DNA from: Bacteroidia bacterium
GTDB taxonomy: Bacteria; Bacteroidota; Bacteroidia; JABEUT01
Direction of reading: 5' to 3'
Assembly (NCBI GenBank): GCA_035486275.1
Contig: DATHNG010000144.1
Coordinates: 1,617 to 65,616, forward strand
DNA length: 64,000 bases
This document shows positions 20,742 through 30,490 of the stretch, one piece after another (the stretch's first letter is position 1; every line of letters begins with the position of its first letter). The position numbers and the translations under genes were made by a program. The notes below the pieces were generated by a model, which did no database searches, was not told the DNA's origin, and saw nothing but the letters and a program-made list of their open reading frames with translations.

Positions 20742-21959
20742 ATGGGATGTAGTGGTTGTTCAACAAACAGAGGAAATACTACCGGTGGAGGTTGCTCTAC
20801 CAAGGGTGGAGGCTGCAATAAGCTGAATGTGTTCGATTGGCTTGCCAATATGGAGCTGCCAGCCGGCCAAAAACCTTTTGATATTGTTGAGATACGGTTT
20901 AAGAATAGCCGCAAGGAATTTTTCCGCAACCGTAATGGCCTGCAATTATTAGTAGGTAATATAGTGGTGGTAGAGGCTGCCAGTGGTTATGATGTAGGCG
21001 TTATTTCTATTTCAGGCGAACTGGTGCGTTTGCAAATGCGTAAAAAGAAGGTTGACCCTGCTGATCCTGCAATTAAAAATGTATTACGGAAAGCTACCCC
21101 AGCCGATATAGATAAATGGCGTGAGGTACAGGCACTTGAACCAAAAATCCTGACACGCGCCCGCATACTGGCATCGAGCATGAAGCTCGATATGAAGCTG
21201 AACGACATTGAATACCAAGGCGATAAATCGCATGTTTCGTTTTACTATACTGCCCCTGGCCGTGTAGATTTCCGCGAACTTATTAAGGCATTTGCATCTG
21301 AATTCAGGGTACGTGTACAAATGTGGCAGATAGGTGAAAGGCAGGAAGCAGGTCGCTTAGGTGGTATTGGCTCTTGCGGAAGAGAATTATGTTGTTCTAC
21401 CTGGCTGACTGATTTCCGCTCGGTAAGTACTACTGCTGCACGTTACCAGCAATTGGCATTGAACCCTGTTAAATTAGCAGGCCAATGCGGTAAACTTAAA
21501 TGTTGTTTGAACTTTGAATTAGATAGTTATTTAGATGCCTTGAAAGACTTGCCTCAACCTACCGAACTGGAATCGCAAAAGGGTAGGGCATTTCATCAAA
21601 AAACAGATATTTTCAAGCGTATTCTTTGGTACACTTATCCTGATGCGCCAACTAATTTCATGGCATTAAGTGTGGATAGGGTGAAGTATGTTATGGATAT
21701 GAACAAGAACGGCAAGAAACCTGCTGAACTGGAAGAAACAAAGACCGAAGAAAAGAAAGAAGTTGGCTATGTGGTAGGTGGAGTTCCATCGACACTTAAG
21801 CAACAACCTCGTCGCCAGCAACAGCAACCACGCCGCAGGCCTCAGAATAATCAGAACCGTCCGAACAATCCTAATAAGCCGAACAACCCGAACAGGCCAA
21901 ATAATCCGAACCAGGCTCGTCCGAGTAATCCCGGCAATCCTCCTCTTCCTAAGAAATAG
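20742..21959 (+). CDS. PSP1 C-terminal domain protein (RicT/YaaT-like)
   Basis: 405 aa. The central block (VSFYYTAPGRVDFRELIKAFASEFRVRVQMWQIG...CGRELCCSTWL...GKLKCCLNFE) is PSP1-like. Cys/Gly-rich N-terminus and a low-complexity P/N-rich tail. Confidence 0.75.
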   Translation: MGCSGCSTNRGNTTGGGCSTKGGGCNKLNVFDWLANMELPAGQKPFDIVEIRFKNSRKEFFRNRNGLQLLVGNIVVVEAASGYDVGVISISGELVRLQMRKKKVDPADPAIKNVLRKATPADIDKWREVQALEPKILTRARILASSMKLDMKLNDIEYQGDKSHVSFYYTAPGRVDFRELIKAFASEFRVRVQMWQIGERQEAGRLGGIGSCGRELCCSTWLTDFRSVSTTAARYQQLALNPVKLAGQCGKLKCCLNFELDSYLDALKDLPQPTELESQKGRAFHQKTDIFKRILWYTYPDAPTNFMALSVDRVKYVMDMNKNGKKPAELEETKTEEKKEVGYVVGGVPSTLKQQPRRQQQQPRRRPQNNQNRPNNPNKPNNPNRPNNPNQARPSNPGNPPLPKK

Positions 21960-21962
21960 TTT

Positions 21963-22913
21963 TTATTTGCTTTTGCCAAATACCCAGGCTTCTTCCTGAA
22001 CATTTTTGCGGAAGCTATCAAGTTGTGATTCAGCTTCGTTGTATGAATTGTATTTGCCACAACCTACTATATATAAACCCTCTGGGGTCTTGCCTACAAT
22101 AGTAGCTTCTACATTTTTCTTTTTCAATATGGCGATCATATTCTGGGCATTCTCATAAACGCGGAAACAACCCGCAACAATATGGTAAGATGATGATACA
22201 ATGTCAATTGATTTTACTGCAGGGGCTTCCTTTACATAAATGGTAAGGCTGTCCTTTGCAATGGGCGCATTTAGTTTTGCAAGTGAGTGGTCAGGTGAGT
22301 ACACATAGGTCGGAGCTTCTTTCTTACCAAAAATATTCAGGCTTGAATAGTTACTCAAATTGGTTTCATTTATAGTAAACCAAAACGTCGATGTAACCAA
22401 TGCACTGATTGCAGCAGCAATAGCATAAGGGCGTAAGCGTGATCTTTCTTTATGCAATTGTACAACGGTACTTTCTTTCTCTTCCGCTTTTTCCTGTTCA
22501 ACAGGTAAGCGATAGAATGCCGAAAGGCCAAATGCCTCAGGTAAATAATTTACTTTCTCATCGGGTTGAAAAGCAACATTATTGCTTTCATCCATATATA
22601 GTACGCCAATGTTCTCGAACACTATGCGCTTATTATCTTTTAATTCATTACGGTAACGGCCGACTTCACCGGCTATCTGCTTAAGTGCTTCGGCGTATGT
22701 AAGTTGCTCACGTATAGACATATGGTTGGCAAGCAAGCCATCATTCTGTGTAAGCCCCTTATTGAAAAGTATCTTTTTACGGGGTGGTTCGAAAAGGTGT
22801 TTTACCTCATCGACTTTGGCAGGGGAATAGTTACCAATGAATCCGCCAAAATCGGGCACAATAACACAGTCGTGTTCAAATAACAATTCGCTAATGTGTT
22901 CTTCTATGCGCAT
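21963..22913 (-). CDS. HU-CCDC81-like N-domain / SPOR-domain protein
   Basis: 316 aa. The N-terminus LLFEHDCVIVPDFGGFIGNY is typical of this Bacteroidota family. One TM helix. The C-terminal about 75 aa are SPOR-like (YHIVAGCF...EAE). Confidence 0.65.
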   Translation of the reverse strand: MRIEEHISELLFEHDCVIVPDFGGFIGNYSPAKVDEVKHLFEPPRKKILFNKGLTQNDGLLANHMSIREQLTYAEALKQIAGEVGRYRNELKDNKRIVFENIGVLYMDESNNVAFQPDEKVNYLPEAFGLSAFYRLPVEQEKAEEKESTVVQLHKERSRLRPYAIAAAISALVTSTFWFTINETNLSNYSSLNIFGKKEAPTYVYSPDHSLAKLNAPIAKDSLTIYVKEAPAVKSIDIVSSSYHIVAGCFRVYENAQNMIAILKKKNVEATIVGKTPEGLYIVGCGKYNSYNEAESQLDSFRKNVQEEAWVFGKSK

Positions 22914-22935
22914 ACGTGTTTCGGTAGCCTCAAAA

Positions 22936-23667
22936 TTAACGAATCTTTTGTAAATCTTCAGGAGTATCTATAGATATTGCTTCTTTATCGGTAATATCTA
23001 CAAAAACAGGGTATCCGTTCTCCATCCAGCGCAATTGTTCCAACGATTCAGCGAGTTCCAGGGCGGATGGAGCCAGTTTTACTACTTTCTTAATAACCTC
23101 AGTTCTGAAAGCATAAATGCCTATATGTTTCAGGTATGGGTGCTTTTTTACCCATTCCTCGCCTTTTGCATCGCGGTAAAATGGTATGGCAGAGCGGCTG
23201 AAATACAAAGCCTCACCATTTGCCTTACGTACAACTTTTATTGTTGATGGATTATTAAGTTCCTTTTCTTCTGCCAATAAACGGGCCAGCGTAGCTATCT
23301 GAACCGAATCGTTCTTAAAACAGGCCACTACTTTATCTATTTGTTCGGGATGTATGAAAGGCTCATCACCTTGTATATTAACAACCACATCCCACTGGTT
23401 TTGAGTCGATTTCTCCAGAGCCTCCACACAACGTTCCGTACCGTTTTTGTGATGGGCAGCCGTCATAACTACCTTGCCGCCAAAGCTTTCTACTTCTTTG
23501 TAAATACGTTCATCGTCGGTAGCCACAACTACAGCTGTAAGCGCCTTGCTTTGCATGGCTTGCTCATATACACGGCGAATCATTGTCTTGCCCTGTATAT
23601 CAACCAATGGCTTACCCGGAAAACGGGTAGAAGCAAAGCGTGCCGGTATAATGCCAATTGCATTCAT
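22936..23667 (-). CDS. kdsB: 3-deoxy-manno-octulosonate cytidylyltransferase
   Basis: 243 aa. IIPARFASTRFPGKPL and NIQGDEP motifs. Confidence 0.9.
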   Translation of the reverse strand: MNAIGIIPARFASTRFPGKPLVDIQGKTMIRRVYEQAMQSKALTAVVVATDDERIYKEVESFGGKVVMTAAHHKNGTERCVEALEKSTQNQWDVVVNIQGDEPFIHPEQIDKVVACFKNDSVQIATLARLLAEEKELNNPSTIKVVRKANGEALYFSRSAIPFYRDAKGEEWVKKHPYLKHIGIYAFRTEVIKKVVKLAPSALELAESLEQLRWMENGYPVFVDITDKEAISIDTPEDLQKIR

Positions 23668-23688
23668 AGCTACAAAAATAAGGTTTGT

Positions 23689-24936
23689 TTACTCTGAAGC
23701 AAGTATTTCCTTGCGTAGCATATTTAAGGCAGTAAGGCCGGTAACAATAATATTCCTTTCGCGGTTGCCACCAAACTGAAAACATTTACTGAAAACCCGT
23801 TTGGGTGTTGCAATGGCTATCCAGACTGTCCCGACAGGTTTATCAGGTGTTCCTCCGCCCGGGCCGGCAATGCCCGATGCTGCAATGGAATAATCGGTTT
23901 TCATTTTTATCCGTACTGCTTTTGCCATTTGTTCTACTACCGGTTGTGAAACAGCTCCGTGCGTTTTTAGTATTTCTTCACTTACTCCAAGCTCTGTGGT
24001 TTTTACATCGTAGGAGTAACTGATAACAGCACCGGTAAAATAATCGGAACTGCCTGCTACTGATGTAATGCGGTGTGCAATATATCCGCCTGTGCAACTC
24101 TCTGCGGTAGATACTTTCTGTTTTCGTTGTTTCAGCAGGTCACCCACAATTCCTTCAAGTGTTTGGTCATCGTATCCAAAAATATGCTGGCCGGCTATCT
24201 TTTTCAATTCTTCAATTTTCGGGGCAATTTTTTCCTGCATCACCTTTTCATCATTCCCGCTTATACTGAGGCGTAGCCTTACCATGGAAGAAGAGGGCAG
24301 GTAGGCAAGCTTGATCTCTTCTTTTGCCAGTGATGTTTCCCAATCAGATATTAATTCAGAAAGAACCGATTCGCCTATACCTTGCGTAAGTACATTTTTA
24401 TGAATGATAACAGGCAGTGTGAATTTCTTTTTCAGTCTTGGAATCACTTCTTCCGTCATAAGCGCTTTCATTTCAAAAGGCACACCGGGCATCGATGCAT
24501 ATATCTTTCCATTCTCTTCAAACCACATACCGGGTGCAGTACCATTTTTATTGTGCAGGGGAGTACAGTTCTCAGGTATCTCTGCTTGTTTGCGATTTAT
24601 TGGCGTTACGTCTCTTCCGAATCTTTTAAATAGTGCGGTAACGTCTGCCAATACACTTTCATCAAACCGAAGCTTTACATTAAAATATTCGCAAATAGTG
24701 TGTTTGGTAATATCATCGCGTGTAGGTCCCAGGCCGCCAGTAATAAGAATAATATCGACTCTGTTGCTCGCCTCTTTCAGCGCAGTAAGTATATGCTCAC
24801 GATTATCCGATACCGATGTTATCTGATGAACTTTTATTCCATGTTCATTCAATATAGTACCCATCCATGCCGAGTTGGTATCTACTATTTGCCCGATGAG
24901 GATTTCATCGCCTATGGTTATTATTTCTGCTAACAT
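23689..24936 (-). CDS. cinA: Competence/damage-inducible protein CinA (MoCF-like N-domain plus nicotinamide-nucleotide amidohydrolase)
   Basis: 415 aa. AEIITIGDEILIGQIVDTNS start, GGLGPTRDD, and the C-terminal PncC-like TAESCTGG motif. Confidence 0.9.
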   Translation of the reverse strand: MLAEIITIGDEILIGQIVDTNSAWMGTILNEHGIKVHQITSVSDNREHILTALKEASNRVDIILITGGLGPTRDDITKHTICEYFNVKLRFDESVLADVTALFKRFGRDVTPINRKQAEIPENCTPLHNKNGTAPGMWFEENGKIYASMPGVPFEMKALMTEEVIPRLKKKFTLPVIIHKNVLTQGIGESVLSELISDWETSLAKEEIKLAYLPSSSMVRLRLSISGNDEKVMQEKIAPKIEELKKIAGQHIFGYDDQTLEGIVGDLLKQRKQKVSTAESCTGGYIAHRITSVAGSSDYFTGAVISYSYDVKTTELGVSEEILKTHGAVSQPVVEQMAKAVRIKMKTDYSIAASGIAGPGGGTPDKPVGTVWIAIATPKRVFSKCFQFGGNRERNIIVTGLTALNMLRKEILASE

Positions 24937-24994
24937 AATTATACAAGTTTAGAAAAAAAGTAACTTGCAGGGGTAATTGATTAATGAACAGCCT

Positions 24995-26449
24995 ATGAAC
25001 AAGTACAAGATATATTTTTTGGGAGCGATAATGTTATGGGGTTGCCATGGAAACCCTAAAACTACGGGCAACGACAATACTACCCCAACAATTGTTGATA
25101 CTATAAAACATAATCAGGCCCAGTTAAAGCCTTTAGATAAGGGAGTAATCATAGATTCTGTTCAATGTGTCGATCAATCGAGTGAAAAGTATGCTATTTA
25201 TATTCCAACTAATTATTCATCAGCAAAAAAGTGGCCTGTAATTTTCTTCTTCGACCCACATGGAGTAGGCAACCTGCCGCTGAGGCTATATAAAAACCTT
25301 GCAGAAAAATATGGCTATATAATAGCAGGTACATATGGCTCGAAGAATGGTATGCAGATGGATGCATCGGAAAGAGCTGCGCAGGCTTTTATGTCTGATG
25401 TATCTCAACGACTCTCTATTGATAATGCACGTTTATATGTTTTTGGTTTTTCAGGTGGTGCACGGGTGGCCTGTTCGCTGGCACTGAATGGTGGCATTGC
25501 GGGTGTAGTGGCATGTGGAGGAGGTTTTGGGCAAAATTCACCGCAAATTAATCAACCGTTCTCTATCATTTCTTTTGTAGGAGAAAGAGATTTTAATTAT
25601 GTGGAACTTAAGAACCTTGACCAGCAATTAGAACAGAGTCCGCTTACACATCAACTTATTGTTTTTCATGGCAAGCACCAGTGGCCACCGGTAACTAATA
25701 TAGAGCAAGCATTCCAGTGGATGGATCTTTGTGCCATGAGGGTAGGTACAATGCCAAAGAACGATTCAATTATAAAGGCGGTTGAGCAGGAATTAGTAAA
25801 AGAAGAGGGTAAGAAAAGCAGCCAGAGTAAAGAGATACATGAGTATTATTCGAATAAAAAAACATTGAATTTTCTGCGCGGGCTTACCAATGTAGACAAA
25901 TACCTGGCCGCAACTCAGGCAGCTGAAAAATCGGGCATAATAGCAAAATACTTAAAGGATGAAGGAGCCAGTGAAGTTGAAGAAGCAAAAACCCAAAAAC
26001 AATATATTGAATGCTTATCTGATAAAGACCAGGCATGGTGGCAAGACAAAATAAAAGAGATGAATAGTATTGTGGCAAGAGATTCAGTTTCGCCTGTTGC
26101 TTTACAAACACAACGCTTGTTGAGTTTCCTGAGCCTTGCTGTTTATATGGGGGCTTCACATTCTTTTAACACTACCGATGACGCAGCTACCTCTCACTTC
26201 CTTAATTTATATGGTTTAATAGACCCCACTAATCCTGAGCATAGTTATATGTATGCCAGCTTATATGCAAGAGAAAATAACGCTGATAAAGCAATAAGCT
26301 TTTTAAGGGATGCAGTGCATTTAGGTTTTTCAGACGTAAGAAGGTTACAAGCGGATTCGAATTTTAATGCTGTCAGGCAGCAAGCCGCGTATAAGGAGAT
26401 AGTTACAAAACTATCAACCATGCCTGCTAAAATTGACGTGACACAATAG
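24995..26449 (+). CDS. Putative alpha/beta-hydrolase (esterase) lipoprotein with helical-repeat C-terminal half
   Basis: The ATG at 24995 gives a lipobox (LWGC). GFSGGA nucleophile-elbow-like motif. The C-terminal half is helical and TPR-like. Function unknown. Confidence 0.45.
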   Translation: MNKYKIYFLGAIMLWGCHGNPKTTGNDNTTPTIVDTIKHNQAQLKPLDKGVIIDSVQCVDQSSEKYAIYIPTNYSSAKKWPVIFFFDPHGVGNLPLRLYKNLAEKYGYIIAGTYGSKNGMQMDASERAAQAFMSDVSQRLSIDNARLYVFGFSGGARVACSLALNGGIAGVVACGGGFGQNSPQINQPFSIISFVGERDFNYVELKNLDQQLEQSPLTHQLIVFHGKHQWPPVTNIEQAFQWMDLCAMRVGTMPKNDSIIKAVEQELVKEEGKKSSQSKEIHEYYSNKKTLNFLRGLTNVDKYLAATQAAEKSGIIAKYLKDEGASEVEEAKTQKQYIECLSDKDQAWWQDKIKEMNSIVARDSVSPVALQTQRLLSFLSLAVYMGASHSFNTTDDAATSHFLNLYGLIDPTNPEHSYMYASLYARENNADKAISFLRDAVHLGFSDVRRLQADSNFNAVRQQAAYKEIVTKLSTMPAKIDVTQ

Positions 26450-26451
26450 TT

Positions 26452-27207
26452 TTAGTGAAAACTATATTCTCCTTTGCTTGTAACAGATACAAGGGGCAGT
26501 GTCTTTTTTGTTTCGAAATAATTGTACCCTGTTTTTAAATTGCCCCAAAAGGCTAATAATGATTTATCAGAACTTGTGCTTTGCAAAAGCGCCATACCTT
26601 TTTCATCCATGCGGGTAGGAAAAATATGAATGGGAATATTTTGCTCTCCATTATTCCTGGCTTCTACAGCCATGATGTAGATCTCTTTTATTTTTTCATC
26701 AGTCATGGGCATGCAGCCAATGGTAACACAATTGCCATGTATCATTATATCTCCGCCGGGGTTTTTAGGGTCGCCATTAATTAAATCGGCCTTATTCGGG
26801 TAACTTACACCCAATGCCAGGTAAAATTCGCTTGCAGGCTGAAAAGCGTTTACAGAATAAAAACCTTCAGGTACTTGCCCGTCTCCTTCCCTGCGTTTTG
26901 GGCCTATTGTACCAGACCCTCTGCAAATATCGTAAGTGTCTACCAGGGTAAATTGCTTTGAATTTCCTGATCTTGCCCATAACTCAAGCTTCTCTTCATA
27001 TTTGAATATGCGTAAGAATATTTCGAAATGAGAAGTATCTACACCTGCCCGTGTAAGTTTAGATTTTACTATATCCCATTTTTCAGCGTATGCAGTGTTA
27101 ACTGTTTTATATTTTAACTGCTGCCTTTTAAAACTTAGTGGAGGCTTTACGAAACTCAAACTAAACAAAGCGAGAAATAATACCGGTAAAGTTCTTTGTT
27201 TTATCAT
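26452..27207 (-). CDS. L,D-transpeptidase catalytic-domain family protein (YkuD_2-like)
   Basis: 251 aa with a signal peptide. IMIHGNCVTIGCMPM carries the His...Gly-Cys catalytic signature. Confidence 0.7.
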   Translation of the reverse strand: MIKQRTLPVLFLALFSLSFVKPPLSFKRQQLKYKTVNTAYAEKWDIVKSKLTRAGVDTSHFEIFLRIFKYEEKLELWARSGNSKQFTLVDTYDICRGSGTIGPKRREGDGQVPEGFYSVNAFQPASEFYLALGVSYPNKADLINGDPKNPGGDIMIHGNCVTIGCMPMTDEKIKEIYIMAVEARNNGEQNIPIHIFPTRMDEKGMALLQSTSSDKSLLAFWGNLKTGYNYFETKKTLPLVSVTSKGEYSFH

Positions 27208-27214
27208 GGTGTAA

Positions 27215-27246
27215 TAAAAAATCCCCTGAGTTTTAAATCAGGGGAT
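27215..27246 (-). terminator. Rho-independent terminator of the 27270-30356 gene
   Basis: atcccctga / tcaggggat 9-bp stem with an 8-nt loop. A T-run follows on the minus strand (A-run 27216-27220 on plus). Confidence 0.7.
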
Positions 27247-27269
27247 CTATATTATTGTGTTTACGTTTT

Positions 27270-30200
27270 TTAGTAAAGTAATATTTTTTTCACTCCGCTG
27301 GAAGAATTGCCTTTTATAGACAGGAAATATACTCCTTTGCTAAAGCCCGACATATCTATATTATGGGTGCTTTGCCCGGCAATATGCAGGTTATTTGTAT
27401 AAACGGTTTGCCCTAATACATTGGCAACTGAAAGTTCATAGTCGCCATCGGTAGGCAGATCAAATGATACCTGCAGGTTTCCACTGGTCGGGTTAGGATA
27501 GACATTTATATAGTCGTTCAATGAAATTTCATTAATGCCTGAAACAATTGAAGTTACAACTAACTGTCCGTATGTGCTGCATTTATCACTATCGCTCACA
27601 TCAACGCGATATACACCGGTGGCAGAAACAGTAAGACGTGAAGAAGTAGCACCAGGTATGGGTGCACCACTCTTGAGCCACTGGTAGAAGTTATAGTTTG
27701 CAGGCGTACAGAAAAGTGTATCAGCACTTTGTTTTATACTAGGAGCAGTAGGCATAGGATTTACAGAAATGTAATGACTTACAGTAATAGAGTCTTCGCC
27801 CTGGCTGTTTATTGCAGTTTCAGTTACAGGGTAAGTTCCCGCGGTTGCATACGTAATTACAGGGTTCTGCAAGGTAGAGGTACTTGGCGTTCCACCCGGG
27901 AAACTCCACTTCCATGAAGTTGGCTGGTTTGCTGAAGTATCAGTGAATTGTACTGTATTGCTTGCGCACAGTGTAGTAGGGAAAGCAGTAAAGTTTGCTG
28001 TTGGCGCTGCTGTAGAAGGAGTGTATAAAGCAATTTGCCATGTACCGCGGCCATATGTAGCAGCACGTAATATACTGCCTGGTGCATATATTTTTAAATC
28101 CGCAATTTCTACATTAGGCAAGCCTGTATTATATGATACCCATGCACCGGCAGTATTTGTTGTATCGCGGTAGTATACACCCAGATCGGTACCTACGTAC
28201 ATTGCATCAATTCCACCGCCCTGGTATGCGAAGCAATTGGCAGGGAGGTTAGGTAATCCGGTCGACATATCAGTCCATGTTGTACCACCGGTAGTTGTTA
28301 CATATACTTTTTGATTGGCAGTATAACCCGAAATGGTTGCCCATACACGCAAAGGATTTGCAGGGTCAACAATAATATTGCTGATATTACCAGGTAAATT
28401 CCCAATAACATTAGTCCATGTAGTTCCGCCATTAGTAGTTGCATATAATGCACTGGATTCAGCTGCATAAATATATTGGTCGTTCGATGGTGCCACAGCA
28501 ATAGAAACTATAGTTGAACCACCGCTTCCAAATGTGCTTATTGCACTCCAGCTGGTACCCCTGTTAGTTGATTTCCAAACATTGCTGATACCAGCAAATA
28601 GGGTTGAAGGATTCTGTGGATCGCATAGCCATGGGGTAACCCATGCACCGGTTTCGGTAATACCAGAGGTAATTCCTTTCCAGCTTGCACCTCCGTTTGA
28701 CGACATGTTGAATGAGCCATTATATTGTTCACCATACATATAGCTGTTATTCGAGTAATCAATAAAGCACATCATACCATCACCACCCAATGGTTCTGAC
28801 CATGCACCAGAACTCGCCAGGTTGGTACCGTTATCCTGCCAGCCGGTTATCCATAAGTTTGCATTGCTACCTGAAAGGCCAATACTATATTGCTGCGCAA
28901 TTTCAAGGTTACTGCTTAAGTCAGACCAGCTTGTGCCTGTTGTAGTTGTTTTATTAACGCCACCATCATCACTTGCATAAATGGTTGTGCCGCTACCTGA
29001 AAGAAAGGCGAGGGAATGTATATCGGCATGAACATAAGGGCCTCCGCCACCCGTCCATGAACTTATTTTTGACCATGAAGTACCACTGTTTGTTGATTTC
29101 CAAACATTAACACCTCCTACAACCAATGTAGTAGGGCTAGTTTGAGATACGGCTATTGAAAGCGTATACCATCCCTGACCTTGTGTTGCATCACTACCTG
29201 TTCCATTTTGAAAACCTAAAAGGTTTGGGGTTGAAGCCTGCAGTGTAAATGTTTTACCTGTATCAGTTGAAAGCCATATTCCTAAAAAAGCATAGTTCGA
29301 AGCATTGTCAGCTAATACATAAACATACTTCGGATCAGCAGGTGTAACCGCAACCTGCATTCTTCCGGCACCGGTTTGAGATGGTAAAGTGATGCCTTTA
29401 AATGAAAGGCCTCCGTTTGAAGAACGGGAATACCCTCCGTTTGCGTTGGTAGCGTATGCTACAGTTGGGTTCCCTGGTTCAAATTCCACACTCTTTACAT
29501 TACCACCCAATACTGATATCCAACTGATCCCTCCATTGCTTGTATAGTATAATCCTGCTGAAGATGCGGCCAGAATTATCTGGGTATTTTTTGGATTAAT
29601 GGCAAGCTGGTTAACGGTTAGCCTTGACGGACCACTCGCTTGTAATGTATAGTTAAGGCCTGTTTGTTGCCAGGTTACACCTCCATCGGTTGTTTTCATT
29701 ACACCTATGCTTGAAGGCGTACCGTAGCTTCCATCAATTCCATCGCCGTCGCCGGTAGCCAGGTACATAATGTTTGAATTAGTAGGATCAATTGCTACGT
29801 CACTTGTTCCAATACCTAACATCTGATCGGTCATAGGAACCCATGAAGTTCCACCATTACTAGATTTCCATAAGCCTCCTGAAGGAGAACAAGCATATAA
29901 AATATTTGAATTATTTGGGTCAATACGCACACGGTTCACCCTTCCGCAATCACCACCTGTAGGTATTGAGGTATTACCTGCATAAGTCCAGCTGGCAGTT
30001 GATAGTAATTTATGTGTGCTTTTTTTATCTTGTTGGCTTAAAAAAGCCTGGTATTCTTTTGTAATTGCAACTACGTCAGGTATTTTACCTGTAGGGTATG
30101 TACGTGGTTGCATCATATATTCCCATCTTTTGTATAACAGGTAGTTTCCATCCTCTTCATGCTCTTCCCCTGGTTTTACAGCATCTTTATCATCATCTAT

Positions 30201-30356
30201 TTCAGGTTTATGAATGGCGTACCATTTATTAAATGCTGCCCGAACATCATAAAAATTTGCGTTAGGGTCATGCATCATCTTTACCCAATCTTGAGCAAAA
30301 ACAGATATATTGAATAACAGAAAAGAGAGTGCAAAGGTTAGGGAGAGCTTTTTCAT
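27270..30356 (-). CDS. BNR/Asp-box (sortilin/VPS10-like) beta-propeller protein with PKD domain and T9SS type A C-terminal sorting domain
   Basis: The ATG at 30356 gives MKKLSLTFALSFLLFNISVFAQ; the track start at 30452 is probably an over-extension. Many S-x-(D/N)-G-G-x-(S/T)-W repeats, a PKD-like block, and a C-terminal VYPNPTSGNLQVSF...GVYFLSIK CTD. Confidence 0.7.
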   Translation of the reverse strand: MKKLSLTFALSFLLFNISVFAQDWVKMMHDPNANFYDVRAAFNKWYAIHKPEIDDDKDAVKPGEEHEEDGNYLLYKRWEYMMQPRTYPTGKIPDVVAITKEYQAFLSQQDKKSTHKLLSTASWTYAGNTSIPTGGDCGRVNRVRIDPNNSNILYACSPSGGLWKSSNGGTSWVPMTDQMLGIGTSDVAIDPTNSNIMYLATGDGDGIDGSYGTPSSIGVMKTTDGGVTWQQTGLNYTLQASGPSRLTVNQLAINPKNTQIILAASSAGLYYTSNGGISWISVLGGNVKSVEFEPGNPTVAYATNANGGYSRSSNGGLSFKGITLPSQTGAGRMQVAVTPADPKYVYVLADNASNYAFLGIWLSTDTGKTFTLQASTPNLLGFQNGTGSDATQGQGWYTLSIAVSQTSPTTLVVGGVNVWKSTNSGTSWSKISSWTGGGGPYVHADIHSLAFLSGSGTTIYASDDGGVNKTTTTGTSWSDLSSNLEIAQQYSIGLSGSNANLWITGWQDNGTNLASSGAWSEPLGGDGMMCFIDYSNNSYMYGEQYNGSFNMSSNGGASWKGITSGITETGAWVTPWLCDPQNPSTLFAGISNVWKSTNRGTSWSAISTFGSGGSTIVSIAVAPSNDQYIYAAESSALYATTNGGTTWTNVIGNLPGNISNIIVDPANPLRVWATISGYTANQKVYVTTTGGTTWTDMSTGLPNLPANCFAYQGGGIDAMYVGTDLGVYYRDTTNTAGAWVSYNTGLPNVEIADLKIYAPGSILRAATYGRGTWQIALYTPSTAAPTANFTAFPTTLCASNTVQFTDTSANQPTSWKWSFPGGTPSTSTLQNPVITYATAGTYPVTETAINSQGEDSITVSHYISVNPMPTAPSIKQSADTLFCTPANYNFYQWLKSGAPIPGATSSRLTVSATGVYRVDVSDSDKCSTYGQLVVTSIVSGINEISLNDYINVYPNPTSGNLQVSFDLPTDGDYELSVANVLGQTVYTNNLHIAGQSTHNIDMSGFSKGVYFLSIKGNSSSGVKKILLY

Positions 30357-30490
30357 AGTTATTGTATTAAACAACAAATATATGAAAAAATGCCTGCTAA
30401 ACCAAATAATGCTGCTTATAACTAAAGCCTGATTCAGCAGATGTTGCAGCATTTTAATTTAACGTAGCTTTGCACCCATTTTACTAAGAA

